From the IMG/VR virus record IMGVR_UViG_3300038520_001928, positions 1 through 25,737 of that record: DNA of 25,737 nucleotides. The stretch is one strand, 5' to 3'. Numbering within the stretch: position 1 is the first letter of the stretch; each line of letters opens with the position of its first letter. A program made the position numbers and the translations under genes. The stretch is from a virus (lineage: Duplodnaviria > Caudoviricetes). Shown here piece by piece: positions 8,562 to 15,440 of this stretch. A model generated the notes under the pieces. The model saw only the letters and a list, made by a program, of their open reading frames with translations, did no database searches and was not told where the DNA came from.

Positions 8562-9551
8562 ATGGCTTTCGGATCTGCTGCGGGTTATGGTAACCTGCCT
8601 TCCGGTAATTTTGCACCGGAAATCTTTAGCCAAAAAGTTCTCAAGTTCTTTCGTCGCGCTTCGGTTGTTGAAGACATCACGAATACTGACTACGCTGGCG
8701 AAATTGAAAACTTTGGCGATACGGTTCGCATCATAAAAGAGCCTACCGTAACAGTTGCCGCGTATACACGTGGCTCTGTAGTGAACCCACAAAACTTGGC
8801 TGACGATCAAATCACAATGACCGTTGACCAAGCCAATGCGTTCGCATTTAAAATCGACGACATTGAAGAGCGTCATTCGCACGTAAACTTTGAAGCACTT
8901 GCCACCTCTTCAGGTGCATTTGCCTTGAAGCGTAAGTACGATAAGACTGTTCTTCAGGCAATGTCTGACGGTGCTGGTATTGCAGCTTCTGCTGTAACTG
9001 GTACAACTTTGGTCACGACTGCTGCTGCTGGTACTATTGGTACTGCAAACGCACCAATCAACATTGAGACAGACGATGCTGGTATCAACCTGATGCTTGC
9101 AATGGCTCGTTTGCTTGATGATGAGTCTGTGCCAGAAGAAAACCGCTGGTTTGTTGCACCACCAATCTTCTACGAGAAGGTGTTCCAAGCTGGTAACAAG
9201 ATCGCTGAAGTGCAGGTAACTGGTGATGCCACTTCCCCGCTTCGTAACGGTCTGGCAACTGTCGGCACTCTTGCTGGCTTCCGTTGTTACAAGTCAACTG
9301 CCTTGAACAGCACAGGCGGCACTGACCAAGTGACTTTGACTGACGCATCTGCAACTCTCGCAACTGACGGTTCTGAGAACGTTGTTCTTGCTGGTCACAT
9401 GTCATCCACTTCTACTGCTTCGCACATTGCAAAGACAGAAGTGGTTCGTTCAACCGAATCGTTCTCCGACGTTATTCGTGGACTGCACGTTTTTGGACAG
9501 AAAGTATTACGTCCAGAAGCTATCGTTCGCGGCGTTGTAGACTTTGCGTAA
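8562..9551 (+). CDS. Major capsid protein
   Basis: 329 aa with ITNTDYAGEI-x3-GDTVRI, LDDESVPEENRWFVAPP and DVIRGLHVFGQKVLRPEA, typical of podovirus HK97-fold capsids. High-expression codon bias. Confidence 0.93.
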   Translation: MAFGSAAGYGNLPSGNFAPEIFSQKVLKFFRRASVVEDITNTDYAGEIENFGDTVRIIKEPTVTVAAYTRGSVVNPQNLADDQITMTVDQANAFAFKIDDIEERHSHVNFEALATSSGAFALKRKYDKTVLQAMSDGAGIAASAVTGTTLVTTAAAGTIGTANAPINIETDDAGINLMLAMARLLDDESVPEENRWFVAPPIFYEKVFQAGNKIAEVQVTGDATSPLRNGLATVGTLAGFRCYKSTALNSTGGTDQVTLTDASATLATDGSENVVLAGHMSSTSTASHIAKTEVVRSTESFSDVIRGLHVFGQKVLRPEAIVRGVVDFA

Positions 9552-9564
9552 GGGAGGCTAACTG

Positions 9565-10038
9565 ATGGCTACTATTGATAGAACTCCTAATGGTGGAACT
9601 TCTGGACATCCCGGAAATGTTGCACGTCCTTACGTGATGACTTCTCAAGTCCATGACACTGCTGACGGTGGTACAGGTGGCGATGTCATTCAATTGATTG
9701 ACGTTCCTGCAGATACCATGATTGTTGCTGGTGCTTTGGAAGTTTTGGAAGCACGTGGTAACGGACAGATCACTTTGGACGTTGGTTTCACTGGTGGTGA
9801 TGTAGACTGTTTTGTTGACGGTTCTGCACTTGCTGCTGGTTTCACTCCGTTCTTAGAAGCTGCAGTAGGTGCGTCTGGCTCTAATGCCCGTATCCTGACT
9901 TCTGCAGACACTATTGACGCCCTCATCCTTGATGGCGGCTCTAGCGGTGAATCTGCTGCACGTTTCCGCATTCACGTAGTTCTTGCAGATATCTCACAGA
10001 ACCCTGTGGAATCTGCTACAGTTTCTACTGGAACGTAA
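9565..10038 (+). CDS. Probable capsid decoration/minor capsid protein
   Basis: Strong GGGAGG RBS, same codon bias as capsid, beta-rich Gly/Ala/Asp sequence, located between capsid gene and terminator. Confidence 0.7.
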   Translation: MATIDRTPNGGTSGHPGNVARPYVMTSQVHDTADGGTGGDVIQLIDVPADTMIVAGALEVLEARGNGQITLDVGFTGGDVDCFVDGSALAAGFTPFLEAAVGASGSNARILTSADTIDALILDGGSSGESAARFRIHVVLADISQNPVESATVSTGT

Positions 10039-10045
10039 TACTATT

Positions 10046-10070
10046 GGGGGCAGGGCAACTTGCCCCCTTT
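10046..10070 (+). terminator. Intrinsic terminator after the capsid/decoration genes
   Basis: GGGGGCAGG-GCAA-CTTGCCCCC-TTT: 9-bp stem with one G-U, GNRA tetraloop. The U-tract is short, so it is probably leaky. Confidence 0.8.
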
Positions 10071-10096
10071 ACAACCCGGCGAAAATATGATATAAG
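10068..10096 (+). promoter_or_regulatory. Sigma70-type promoter for the oxygenase gene
   Basis: TTTACA (10068-10073), 17-bp spacer, TATAAG (10091-10096), with an extended -10 TG at 10088-10089. Confidence 0.6.
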
Positions 10097-10122
10097 CAGT
10101 CTAGACAGCCGGGAGATATACC

Positions 10123-10758
10123 ATGCTATTACAACTTTTATCTGAACAAGAAGTACAATACTGCATAGAAAACTGGGGTGCCAAAGAAGATGGGGCAAAG
10201 ACACAACCCAGATCAGACAGTGAAGATTTAAAAAAGAATACAGAGTCGCCTGACATGACACCCGAAGTAAGGCAACTCGTGTCAACAAGAATATACAACA
10301 ACCCTTACATAGACTCAGTAGTTTGTCCAAACAGAGTATCGGTAAACTTTTACAATGAGTATGAAGAGGGTGGCTTCTACAAAAAGCATATAGATACGTT
10401 TCGTGCAGCACCTAGAAGCAACAACGTCTACTTTGATTACGGGTTTTCATTAGGTCTTAGTGACGATTACGAGGGTGGGGAGTTTGTCTTAAATAACGAT
10501 GTGGGTGAGATAAGCTACACAATCGGAAAAGGACAGTTACTAATATTCCCTATTATGTATCCTCATGGCGTAAAACCAATAACAAAAGGTTCGCGTAAAG
10601 CAATTATAGGTTGGATGTCCAGCAACGTTTCTTATGAACAAAGCTACATACTAAGAAACCTGTTTGAAATAAACGCAAGCTATTTAAAAGAAGAAAGCCC
10701 GATGGCTCTCAAGTCAACGTTGGTACAGAATTATTTATGTAAACACTGGGGTAAGTGA
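10123..10758 (+). CDS. PKHD-type 2OG-Fe(II) hydroxylase (PiuC/YbiX-like)
   Basis: H89-x-D91, H148 and R158 (Fe and 2OG ligands), DYEGGEF, and a C-terminal helical extension ending NYLCKHWGK similar to PiuC/YbiX. Confidence 0.85.
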   Translation: MLLQLLSEQEVQYCIENWGAKEDGAKTQPRSDSEDLKKNTESPDMTPEVRQLVSTRIYNNPYIDSVVCPNRVSVNFYNEYEEGGFYKKHIDTFRAAPRSNNVYFDYGFSLGLSDDYEGGEFVLNNDVGEISYTIGKGQLLIFPIMYPHGVKPITKGSRKAIIGWMSSNVSYEQSYILRNLFEINASYLKEESPMALKSTLVQNYLCKHWGK

Positions 10759-10937
10759 TGACGAAAAAAGCACCACCAAAACCAAAAAAGAAATCAAAAA
10801 GCCCTACGCCAAAAAACAAGGCACTTTACGCACGAGTAAAGGCAGAGGCTAAACGCAAGTTCGATGTATATCCAAGCGCATATGCAAATGCTTGGTTAGT
10901 TAGGACTTATAAAAAACGTGGCGGGACTTACGCATAA
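10758..10937 (+). CDS. Small Lys-rich hypothetical protein (YPSAYANAWLVRTYKKRGG)
   Basis: ATG overlaps the upstream stop (TGATG) and its stop overlaps the next ATG (TAATG). The motif is recalled from marine viruses. Confidence 0.75.
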   Translation: MTKKAPPKPKKKSKSPTPKNKALYARVKAEAKRKFDVYPSAYANAWLVRTYKKRGGTYA

Positions 10938-11191
10938 TGGGCAAACCACAGGGCGGTCTTACAAAATGGTTCAAAGAAGATTGGCGAGATGTAAAGACTG
11001 GCAAGAAATGTGGTCGCTCTGGTAAAGAGAAAGGCAAACGTCCGTATCCAGCTTGCAGACCAGCCAAAGTTGCTGGTCGTATAAGCAAGAAAGAAGCATC
11101 TAAAAAGACAGGACCGGGTAGAGTAAACTGGTCTGTCACGGCATCAGGTAGAAAAAGATCCAGTGGACGCAAGGCAAAGTATAAGGCATAA
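10937..11191 (+). CDS. Small basic hypothetical protein (GLTKWFKEDW...CGR...YPACRP)
   Basis: Coupled to the upstream ORF. Trp/Cys motif recalled from marine viruses. Confidence 0.78.
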   Translation: MGKPQGGLTKWFKEDWRDVKTGKKCGRSGKEKGKRPYPACRPAKVAGRISKKEASKKTGPGRVNWSVTASGRKRSSGRKAKYKA

Positions 11192-11212
11192 TAGCGTCAA
11201 AGGAGATGCTTT

Positions 11213-11899
11213 ATGAATTATATTACGAGTAACATACCATATTTCAAAGCTTGGGTACGCAGAGAATATACCACCAACTTTGATCGATATCAAGGTGAAT
11301 TTCTTCACGCAATGGTGATAGCCGTCACTACACTGCCCATGAAAACCTTATCGTTTCAGGTTTTGTTTACAGGGTGTGATGAAGAAGAAAACATACACGG
11401 TGGGGCAATGTGGGCACGAATGCCACTTACAGCCCTTGTAGGCGATACACCTTTTGATGAGTGGCCTACACCAATGCCCACGTATCTGGCGCAACCGTGG
11501 GACTGCCAATCACACCATCATTCGGTGTTTGTTTTGAACAGGGCGACTCCCTGTCCGTGGTTGGCTAAGATAGACGGTGACTTCTTTCCAGCAAAGTATT
11601 ACTTCACAATCGACTATACGGATACTGAAGTAGCAGATGATCCAGCCCAACACAAACAAAGCCATGTGCTAGAACTGATGGATGCTGGTGAGTGGACAGG
11701 CAACATGGTTGCACTGCCCAATAATAGAGTAAGGGTAACGAACCCTGCTTGGTTTGTAACGGGCGATGGCCCACCGGACTTCACTCCTAGTCAGTGGGTT
11801 CACCATTCTAAACAAGACCCGAACTATGTAGAAGATACAGCACGGGTGTTTAACAATCTATATGCGGAGAGCGATAATGAAGAAGATGATGAAGAGTAA
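11213..11899 (+). CDS. Conserved-looking hypothetical phage protein (228 aa)
   Basis: AAGGAG RBS. Globular sequence with GAMWARMP, QPWDC, HKQSH and LPNNR motifs. Function unknown. Confidence 0.8.
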   Translation: MNYITSNIPYFKAWVRREYTTNFDRYQGEFLHAMVIAVTTLPMKTLSFQVLFTGCDEEENIHGGAMWARMPLTALVGDTPFDEWPTPMPTYLAQPWDCQSHHHSVFVLNRATPCPWLAKIDGDFFPAKYYFTIDYTDTEVADDPAQHKQSHVLELMDAGEWTGNMVALPNNRVRVTNPAWFVTGDGPPDFTPSQWVHHSKQDPNYVEDTARVFNNLYAESDNEEDDEE

Positions 11900-12134
11900 A
11901 GGTATGAAGCGTGGCGGTAAAATGAAAGCCAAAGGCATGGCAAAAGGCGGTAAGCGTGGTGGTGCCAAAAAAATGAGTTATGGTGGCAAGTCAAAAGCCA
12001 AAGGTATGAAGCGCGGTGGTAAGATGATGAAAGCCAAAGGCATGGCTAAAGGTGGTAAGCGTGGTGGAGCAATGACCCTTGCATCGATTCGTGCTGCAGC
12101 CAAGAAAAAAGGCTATAAGTTAGTTAAGGTGTAG
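11877..12134 (+). CDS. Histone-tail-like Lys/Gly/Met-rich repeat protein
   Basis: GGAG at 11866-11869 favours ATG 11877 over 11862. Repeats of KGMKRGGK and KGMAKGGK, with no acidic residues. Confidence 0.78.
   Translation: MKKMMKSKGMKRGGKMKAKGMAKGGKRGGAKKMSYGGKSKAKGMKRGGKMMKAKGMAKGGKRGGAMTLASIRAAAKKKGYKLVKV
11898..12071 (+). repeat. Imperfect direct repeat, 11898-11966 and 12000-12071
   Basis: Both copies encode KGMKRGGKM(M)KAKGMAKGGKRGGA. Differences are synonymous apart from one extra Met codon. Confidence 0.85.
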
Positions 12135-12136
12135 TC

Positions 12137-12286
12137 ATGGGTAGACCGGGATTATACGCCAACATAGCTGCTAAGAAACGCAGAATAAAAGCTGGTAGCG
12201 GGGAGACTATGCGCAAACCCGGAAGTAAAGGTGCACCAAGTAAAGCCAACTTCCGACGCGCAGCACAAACAGCTAGGAAAAAGTAA
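12137..12286 (+). CDS. 49-aa basic protein missing from the ORF track (MGRPGLYANIAAKKRRIKAGSGETMRKPGSKGAPSKANFRRAAQTARKK)
   Basis: AAGGT RBS upstream, fills the gap exactly, TAATG overlap with the next gene. Resembles a small protein family recalled from marine podophages. Confidence 0.8.
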   Translation: MGRPGLYANIAAKKRRIKAGSGETMRKPGSKGAPSKANFRRAAQTARKK

Positions 12287-12570
12287 TGGCACGTAAACGT
12301 GACAATATGCCAGCCCGTAACAAAAAGAACTTTCGTCCAACGAAAGCAGGGGCTGGTATGACTGAAGCCGGGGTTGCTGCGTACCGTCGCAAGAACCCCG
12401 GTTCTAAACTCAAGACTGCTGTAACAGGTAAAGTAAAGCCGGGGAGCAAAGATGCCAAGCGTCGTAAGTCTTTCTGTGCACGTTCTGCTGGGCAGATGAA
12501 GAAGTTTCCCAAAGCAGCAAAGAATCCTAACAGCCGCTTGCGTCAAGCAAGGAGACGATGGAAATGCTAA
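12286..12570 (+). CDS. Small basic hypothetical protein (RRKSFCARS...RRRWKC)
   Basis: Coupled start and Arg/Lys-rich. The SFCAR...WxC motif is recalled from marine phages. Confidence 0.8.
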   Translation: MARKRDNMPARNKKNFRPTKAGAGMTEAGVAAYRRKNPGSKLKTAVTGKVKPGSKDAKRRKSFCARSAGQMKKFPKAAKNPNSRLRQARRRWKC

Positions 12571-12950
12571 CAGCCCTGATAGGACCAATAGCAAATATCG
12601 CAGGGACATGGCTTGAGGGCCGTGTCGAAAAGACCAAAGCAAAAGTAAAAGCAGACGTAGCCAAAGCAGAGGCAGAAGCTGTCGTTATGCAGAAGAAAGC
12701 CACTGGTGAAATAGACTGGGACTTGAAGATGGCTGATGCTTCAATATCCAGTTGGAAAGACGAGTGGCTTGTAATTTTGTTCAGCATACCCTTAATTTTA
12801 GCTTTCTGTGGAGATTGGGGTAGGCAAATAGTATCAGAAGGTTTTGCTGCTCTTGAAGCTATGCCACAGTATTATCAGTATACGTTAGGAACAATTGTAG
12901 CTGCGTCTTTTGGAACTCGCGCCGCAACTAAATTTTTTGGTAAAAAATGA
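12564..12950 (+). CDS. Putative holin (3TM/GTA-holin-like)
   Basis: N-terminal amphipathic helix, SWKDEW followed by two hydrophobic segments and a basic C-terminus, upstream of the lysozyme. AAGGAG spacing favours ATG 12564 (alternative 12558). Confidence 0.68.
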   Translation: MLTALIGPIANIAGTWLEGRVEKTKAKVKADVAKAEAEAVVMQKKATGEIDWDLKMADASISSWKDEWLVILFSIPLILAFCGDWGRQIVSEGFAALEAMPQYYQYTLGTIVAASFGTRAATKFFGKK

Positions 12951-13162
12951 GACAGTGGCTAAGAGCCATAATTGAATACAATGCTATTGCTCGTCTTACG
13001 ATGATTGCAAGTATAGCGATGTCTTGGCGATGCGCTGAGTGGTTTATGAATCTTGAAGACCCCACTATGCAACAGAGTGCGTTCGTTTCAGTTATCATGG
13101 GTGTGATGACTGGTATATTTGGTATCTGGATGGGTCAAGAAAACAGAGCGAAGAAACAATGA
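12947..13162 (+). CDS. Small two-TM membrane protein in the lysis cassette
   Basis: ATGA overlaps at both ends, two hydrophobic helices, basic C-terminus. Confidence 0.7.
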   Translation: MRQWLRAIIEYNAIARLTMIASIAMSWRCAEWFMNLEDPTMQQSAFVSVIMGVMTGIFGIWMGQENRAKKQ

Positions 13163-13353
13163 ACATAATTATCTGGGCATTGGTATTGACTGTGTGCACA
13201 CCCAACGGTCAATGTTTTAACCAAACAGTGCAGTGGTTTGATAAAGAAAATGAGTGCCTTCGTTACAAACAGATATATGAGGACATTCCAAAGGATGGTT
13301 CGTGGGCATCTGTTCAGTATAAGTGTGGTATTATAGGAGCTATGCAAATATGA
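13159..13353 (+). CDS. Small exported protein with four Cys
   Basis: Hydrophobic N-terminus (MNIIIWALVLTVC), C-x5-C...C...C pattern, ATGA overlaps. Confidence 0.65.
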   Translation: MNIIIWALVLTVCTPNGQCFNQTVQWFDKENECLRYKQIYEDIPKDGSWASVQYKCGIIGAMQI

Positions 13354-13895
13354 TGTCCATGTTCAAAATGGAAAACACTGCTAATCATCCGTGGGAAGGA
13401 CACAAAACTATGAAGTATAATGCGTCGCACTTCTTGGATAAGCTTATTGAACACGAGGGTATGGTTCTAACTGTGTACCAAGATACACTTGGCATAGATA
13501 CCATAGGTATAGGTCGTAACCTGAAAGACAGAGGTATCAGCAAAGAAGAGCTAGACTACATGGACATACCAAACATGGATGTTATTTATGAACATGGCAT
13601 AACAGAAGCTGATGCACGATATCTTGCCTTGAACGATATTAAGATTGTAGAAAACGAACTATGTAAGGTTCACAAGTGTGTAGAAGATCTGGATGCAGTT
13701 CGTCAGCTTGTGCTTATGGACATGGCCTATAATATGGGAGTCCCTCGTTTGTGCAAATTTAAAAAAATGTGGTCTGCAGTGGAAGAGCAGAAGTATGACA
13801 TTGCAAGCATGGAAATGATGGATTCGCGTTGGGCAAGACAAGTAGGACGACGAGCTGTCATACTTTCAGAAGCTATGAGAACAGGAGAATTTTAA
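13350..13895 (+). CDS. Endolysin, T4-lysozyme-like (GH24) muramidase
   Basis: Catalytic E-x8-D-x5-T in HEGMVLTVYQDTLGIDTIGIG, plus MAYNMG and DSRWARQVGRRA. Start uncertain: 13350 (GGAG, ATGA overlap) or 13410 (GAAGGA). Confidence 0.92.
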   Translation: MMSMFKMENTANHPWEGHKTMKYNASHFLDKLIEHEGMVLTVYQDTLGIDTIGIGRNLKDRGISKEELDYMDIPNMDVIYEHGITEADARYLALNDIKIVENELCKVHKCVEDLDAVRQLVLMDMAYNMGVPRLCKFKKMWSAVEEQKYDIASMEMMDSRWARQVGRRAVILSEAMRTGEF

Positions 13896-14213
13896 GTGTC
13901 TAGTATTTTTGAACAAACAGGGCGTATGAGCTTTGGAGAACAATTTTCTAAACTGATTGGTAAAGATGAAAAATCAAAAAAACAGTCTGTTGCTTTACCA
14001 AAGCCCTTCCCGGCAGATGCTCCCGCCCGTATGCACAAAAGTTATTACAACAACAACATAGATAATATTAGAGACATATACAAAGAGCAGGGTATGGAAC
14101 TGCCTGATTACTTTGATAATGAAAATACGTATGCAGACTATCGCCGATCTCAAAAAATGTATGGCGGCAAAATTCAACCACGCGGTGCCATGCGCAGTAC
14201 GGAGACAAGATAA
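13896..14213 (+). CDS. Hypothetical protein (105 aa, GTG start)
   Basis: AGGAG RBS, abuts the lysozyme stop, TAATG overlap downstream. Contains MYGGKI. Confidence 0.7.
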   Translation: MSSIFEQTGRMSFGEQFSKLIGKDEKSKKQSVALPKPFPADAPARMHKSYYNNNIDNIRDIYKEQGMELPDYFDNENTYADYRRSQKMYGGKIQPRGAMRSTETR

Positions 14214-14452
14214 TGGGTAGATATTCACCACCACGCTCTGCACAAGATTCAGAAGAAAAGAAGCGCCGGGAAGAGGGACAAAATTATAATCGTCGTCCAA
14301 CCCCTCCTCCGGTCATACACAGAAAACCTACTGTTGACATGTATAAATTTAAAAAAGACGGGTATGACTTTCACGAATTTAATACTCCTGTTAGACCAGA
14401 AACTTTTCACAAAATTACTAAAGGCAAATATAAAAAGCCAAGATCAGCCTAA
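14213..14452 (+). CDS. Hypothetical basic Pro-rich protein (79 aa)
   Basis: GGAG RBS and coupled start. Confidence 0.6.
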   Translation: MGRYSPPRSAQDSEEKKRREEGQNYNRRPTPPPVIHRKPTVDMYKFKKDGYDFHEFNTPVRPETFHKITKGKYKKPRSA

Positions 14453-14482
14453 TGAAACCTAACCAACGAACGAGGACAACGA

Positions 14483-14962
14483 ATGATCGCAGAAACTCTT
14501 GCAGGTATCGCGCTTGTAAAGAGCGCAGTCGATGGCATTAAATCTGCAATTGGTACAGCGAAAGACGTTGGGGAGATTGCGGGGCACATTGACAATCTCT
14601 TAACAGGTGAAAAACAAGTACAACAACAAAGAGCACGTAAATCTGGTGTTGGTCTGGGAGATCAGTTTGGTATCAAGTCCGTTGCACAAGAAGTTATAGA
14701 TGCACGACTTGCACAAGAACAAGTTCAACAGATGCGGACCATGATCGATATGAGATTTGGCCCCGGCACGTGGCAAAGCATAGTGGATGAACGGGCACGA
14801 CGCATACAACAGGCCAAAGAAGCTGAACGAGCAGCAAGGATTAAAGCAAGACGTGAGCAAGAGGAGTTCATGGAGAGTTTGAAACAATCAGCTTTAATTA
14901 GCTTGGTCTTAGCCGTAGCAGGGGGTTTGTTTTTTGCACTGCTTGTGTTTCTCCCAAAATAA
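14483..14962 (+). CDS. Coiled-coil protein with C-terminal membrane anchor
   Basis: GAGGA RBS, amphipathic N-terminus, RFGPGTW motif, charged coiled coil, terminal TM helix. Confidence 0.78.
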   Translation: MIAETLAGIALVKSAVDGIKSAIGTAKDVGEIAGHIDNLLTGEKQVQQQRARKSGVGLGDQFGIKSVAQEVIDARLAQEQVQQMRTMIDMRFGPGTWQSIVDERARRIQQAKEAERAARIKARREQEEFMESLKQSALISLVLAVAGGLFFALLVFLPK

Positions 14963-14963
14963 C

Positions 14964-14992
14964 TTGACTAAATAAAGTTTTTAGATTATAAT
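14964..14992 (+). promoter_or_regulatory. Near-consensus sigma70 promoter
   Basis: TTGACT (14964-14969), 17 bp, TATAAT (14987-14992) in an AT-rich intergenic gap. Confidence 0.8.
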
Positions 14993-15011
14993 AATTTCAG
15001 AGGGAGAAACT

Positions 15012-15236
15012 ATGAAACAACTTGCAAAGGACGCTCTAAGGTACAGATTTGAAGGGCAAAAGAAAAGTGCTGAGTACATTGTTAAAAATTACCTCAACAA
15101 CCCGGCAGCGATTGGGGAACATCCCGATTTGCTTGCGGAAATTGAAACGGCTCTTAAAGATTGGGATGAAGCGAATGGTAAATTGGAAGCGTTGGAAAGC
15201 TTTGAAGATGAAAGATATCAAGCGTTGTTTGATTAA
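15012..15236 (+). CDS. Small helical-hairpin hypothetical protein (NPAAIGEHPD)
   Basis: GGGAG RBS and own promoter. The NPxxIGEHPD motif is recalled from marine phages. Confidence 0.8.
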   Translation: MKQLAKDALRYRFEGQKKSAEYIVKNYLNNPAAIGEHPDLLAEIETALKDWDEANGKLEALESFEDERYQALFD

Positions 15237-15336
15237 GTATGTTGGCTGGGGTTTGTTGTATTGCGGCAAGCCCTTTAGTGCGATTGGAAACTGGTTTTGG
15301 AAAAAGCACAGAGCAGTATTAGATCGAAACGAATAA
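15208..15336 (+). CDS. Possible 42-aa peptide (MKDIKRCLIKYVGWGLLYCG...)
   Basis: 3' part of the listed 15049..15336 frame, filling an otherwise empty gap. Weak RBS. Confidence 0.4.
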   Translation: MKDIKRCLIKYVGWGLLYCGKPFSAIGNWFWKKHRAVLDRNE

Positions 15337-15359
15337 TACGACATCAACCAAAAAATACG

Positions 15360-15440
15360 ATGTATAAAAAAGACGACTTGGTTAAGGTTGCAAACTTACC
15401 CGGCGGTATGAAACGATACAAATTAAAGGCACTAAAGTAA
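15360..15440 (+). CDS. Possible short basic peptide (MYKKDDLVKVANLPGGMKRYKLKALK; could start at TTG 15297)
   Basis: Open frame whose TAA directly abuts the adaptor ATG at 15441. No clear RBS. Confidence 0.3.
   Translation: MYKKDDLVKVANLPGGMKRYKLKALK

Noticed and set aside
8551-8577. Bulged hairpin around the capsid start codon (GGATCGAA / TTCGGATCT)
   Set aside because: Weak and bulged, and not distinguishable from chance without homologous sequences.
9540-9567. T7 10A/10B-style frameshift or readthrough fusing capsid to the next ORF
   Set aside because: The downstream frame has a TAA at 9559-9561 just before its ATG, and the gene has its own strong GGGAGG RBS.
11898-12071. Repeats as a CRISPR array or DGR template/variable pair
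   Set aside because: They are in-frame coding repeats differing at synonymous sites. There are no spacers, no adenine-specific pattern and no reverse transcriptase in the window.
13159-13200. LTVC as a lipobox (o-spanin)
   Set aside because: Val at -1 does not fit L-[AS]-[GA]-C, there is no basic n-region, and the Cys pattern suggests disulfides.
14334-14368. Perfect TTGACA inside ORF 14213..14452
   Set aside because: No acceptable -10 hexamer at 16-18 bp spacing.
15049-15207. 5' part of the 95-aa ORF 15049..15336
   Set aside because: It overlaps the better supported 15012..15236 gene. Only the part from ATG 15208 is plausible.
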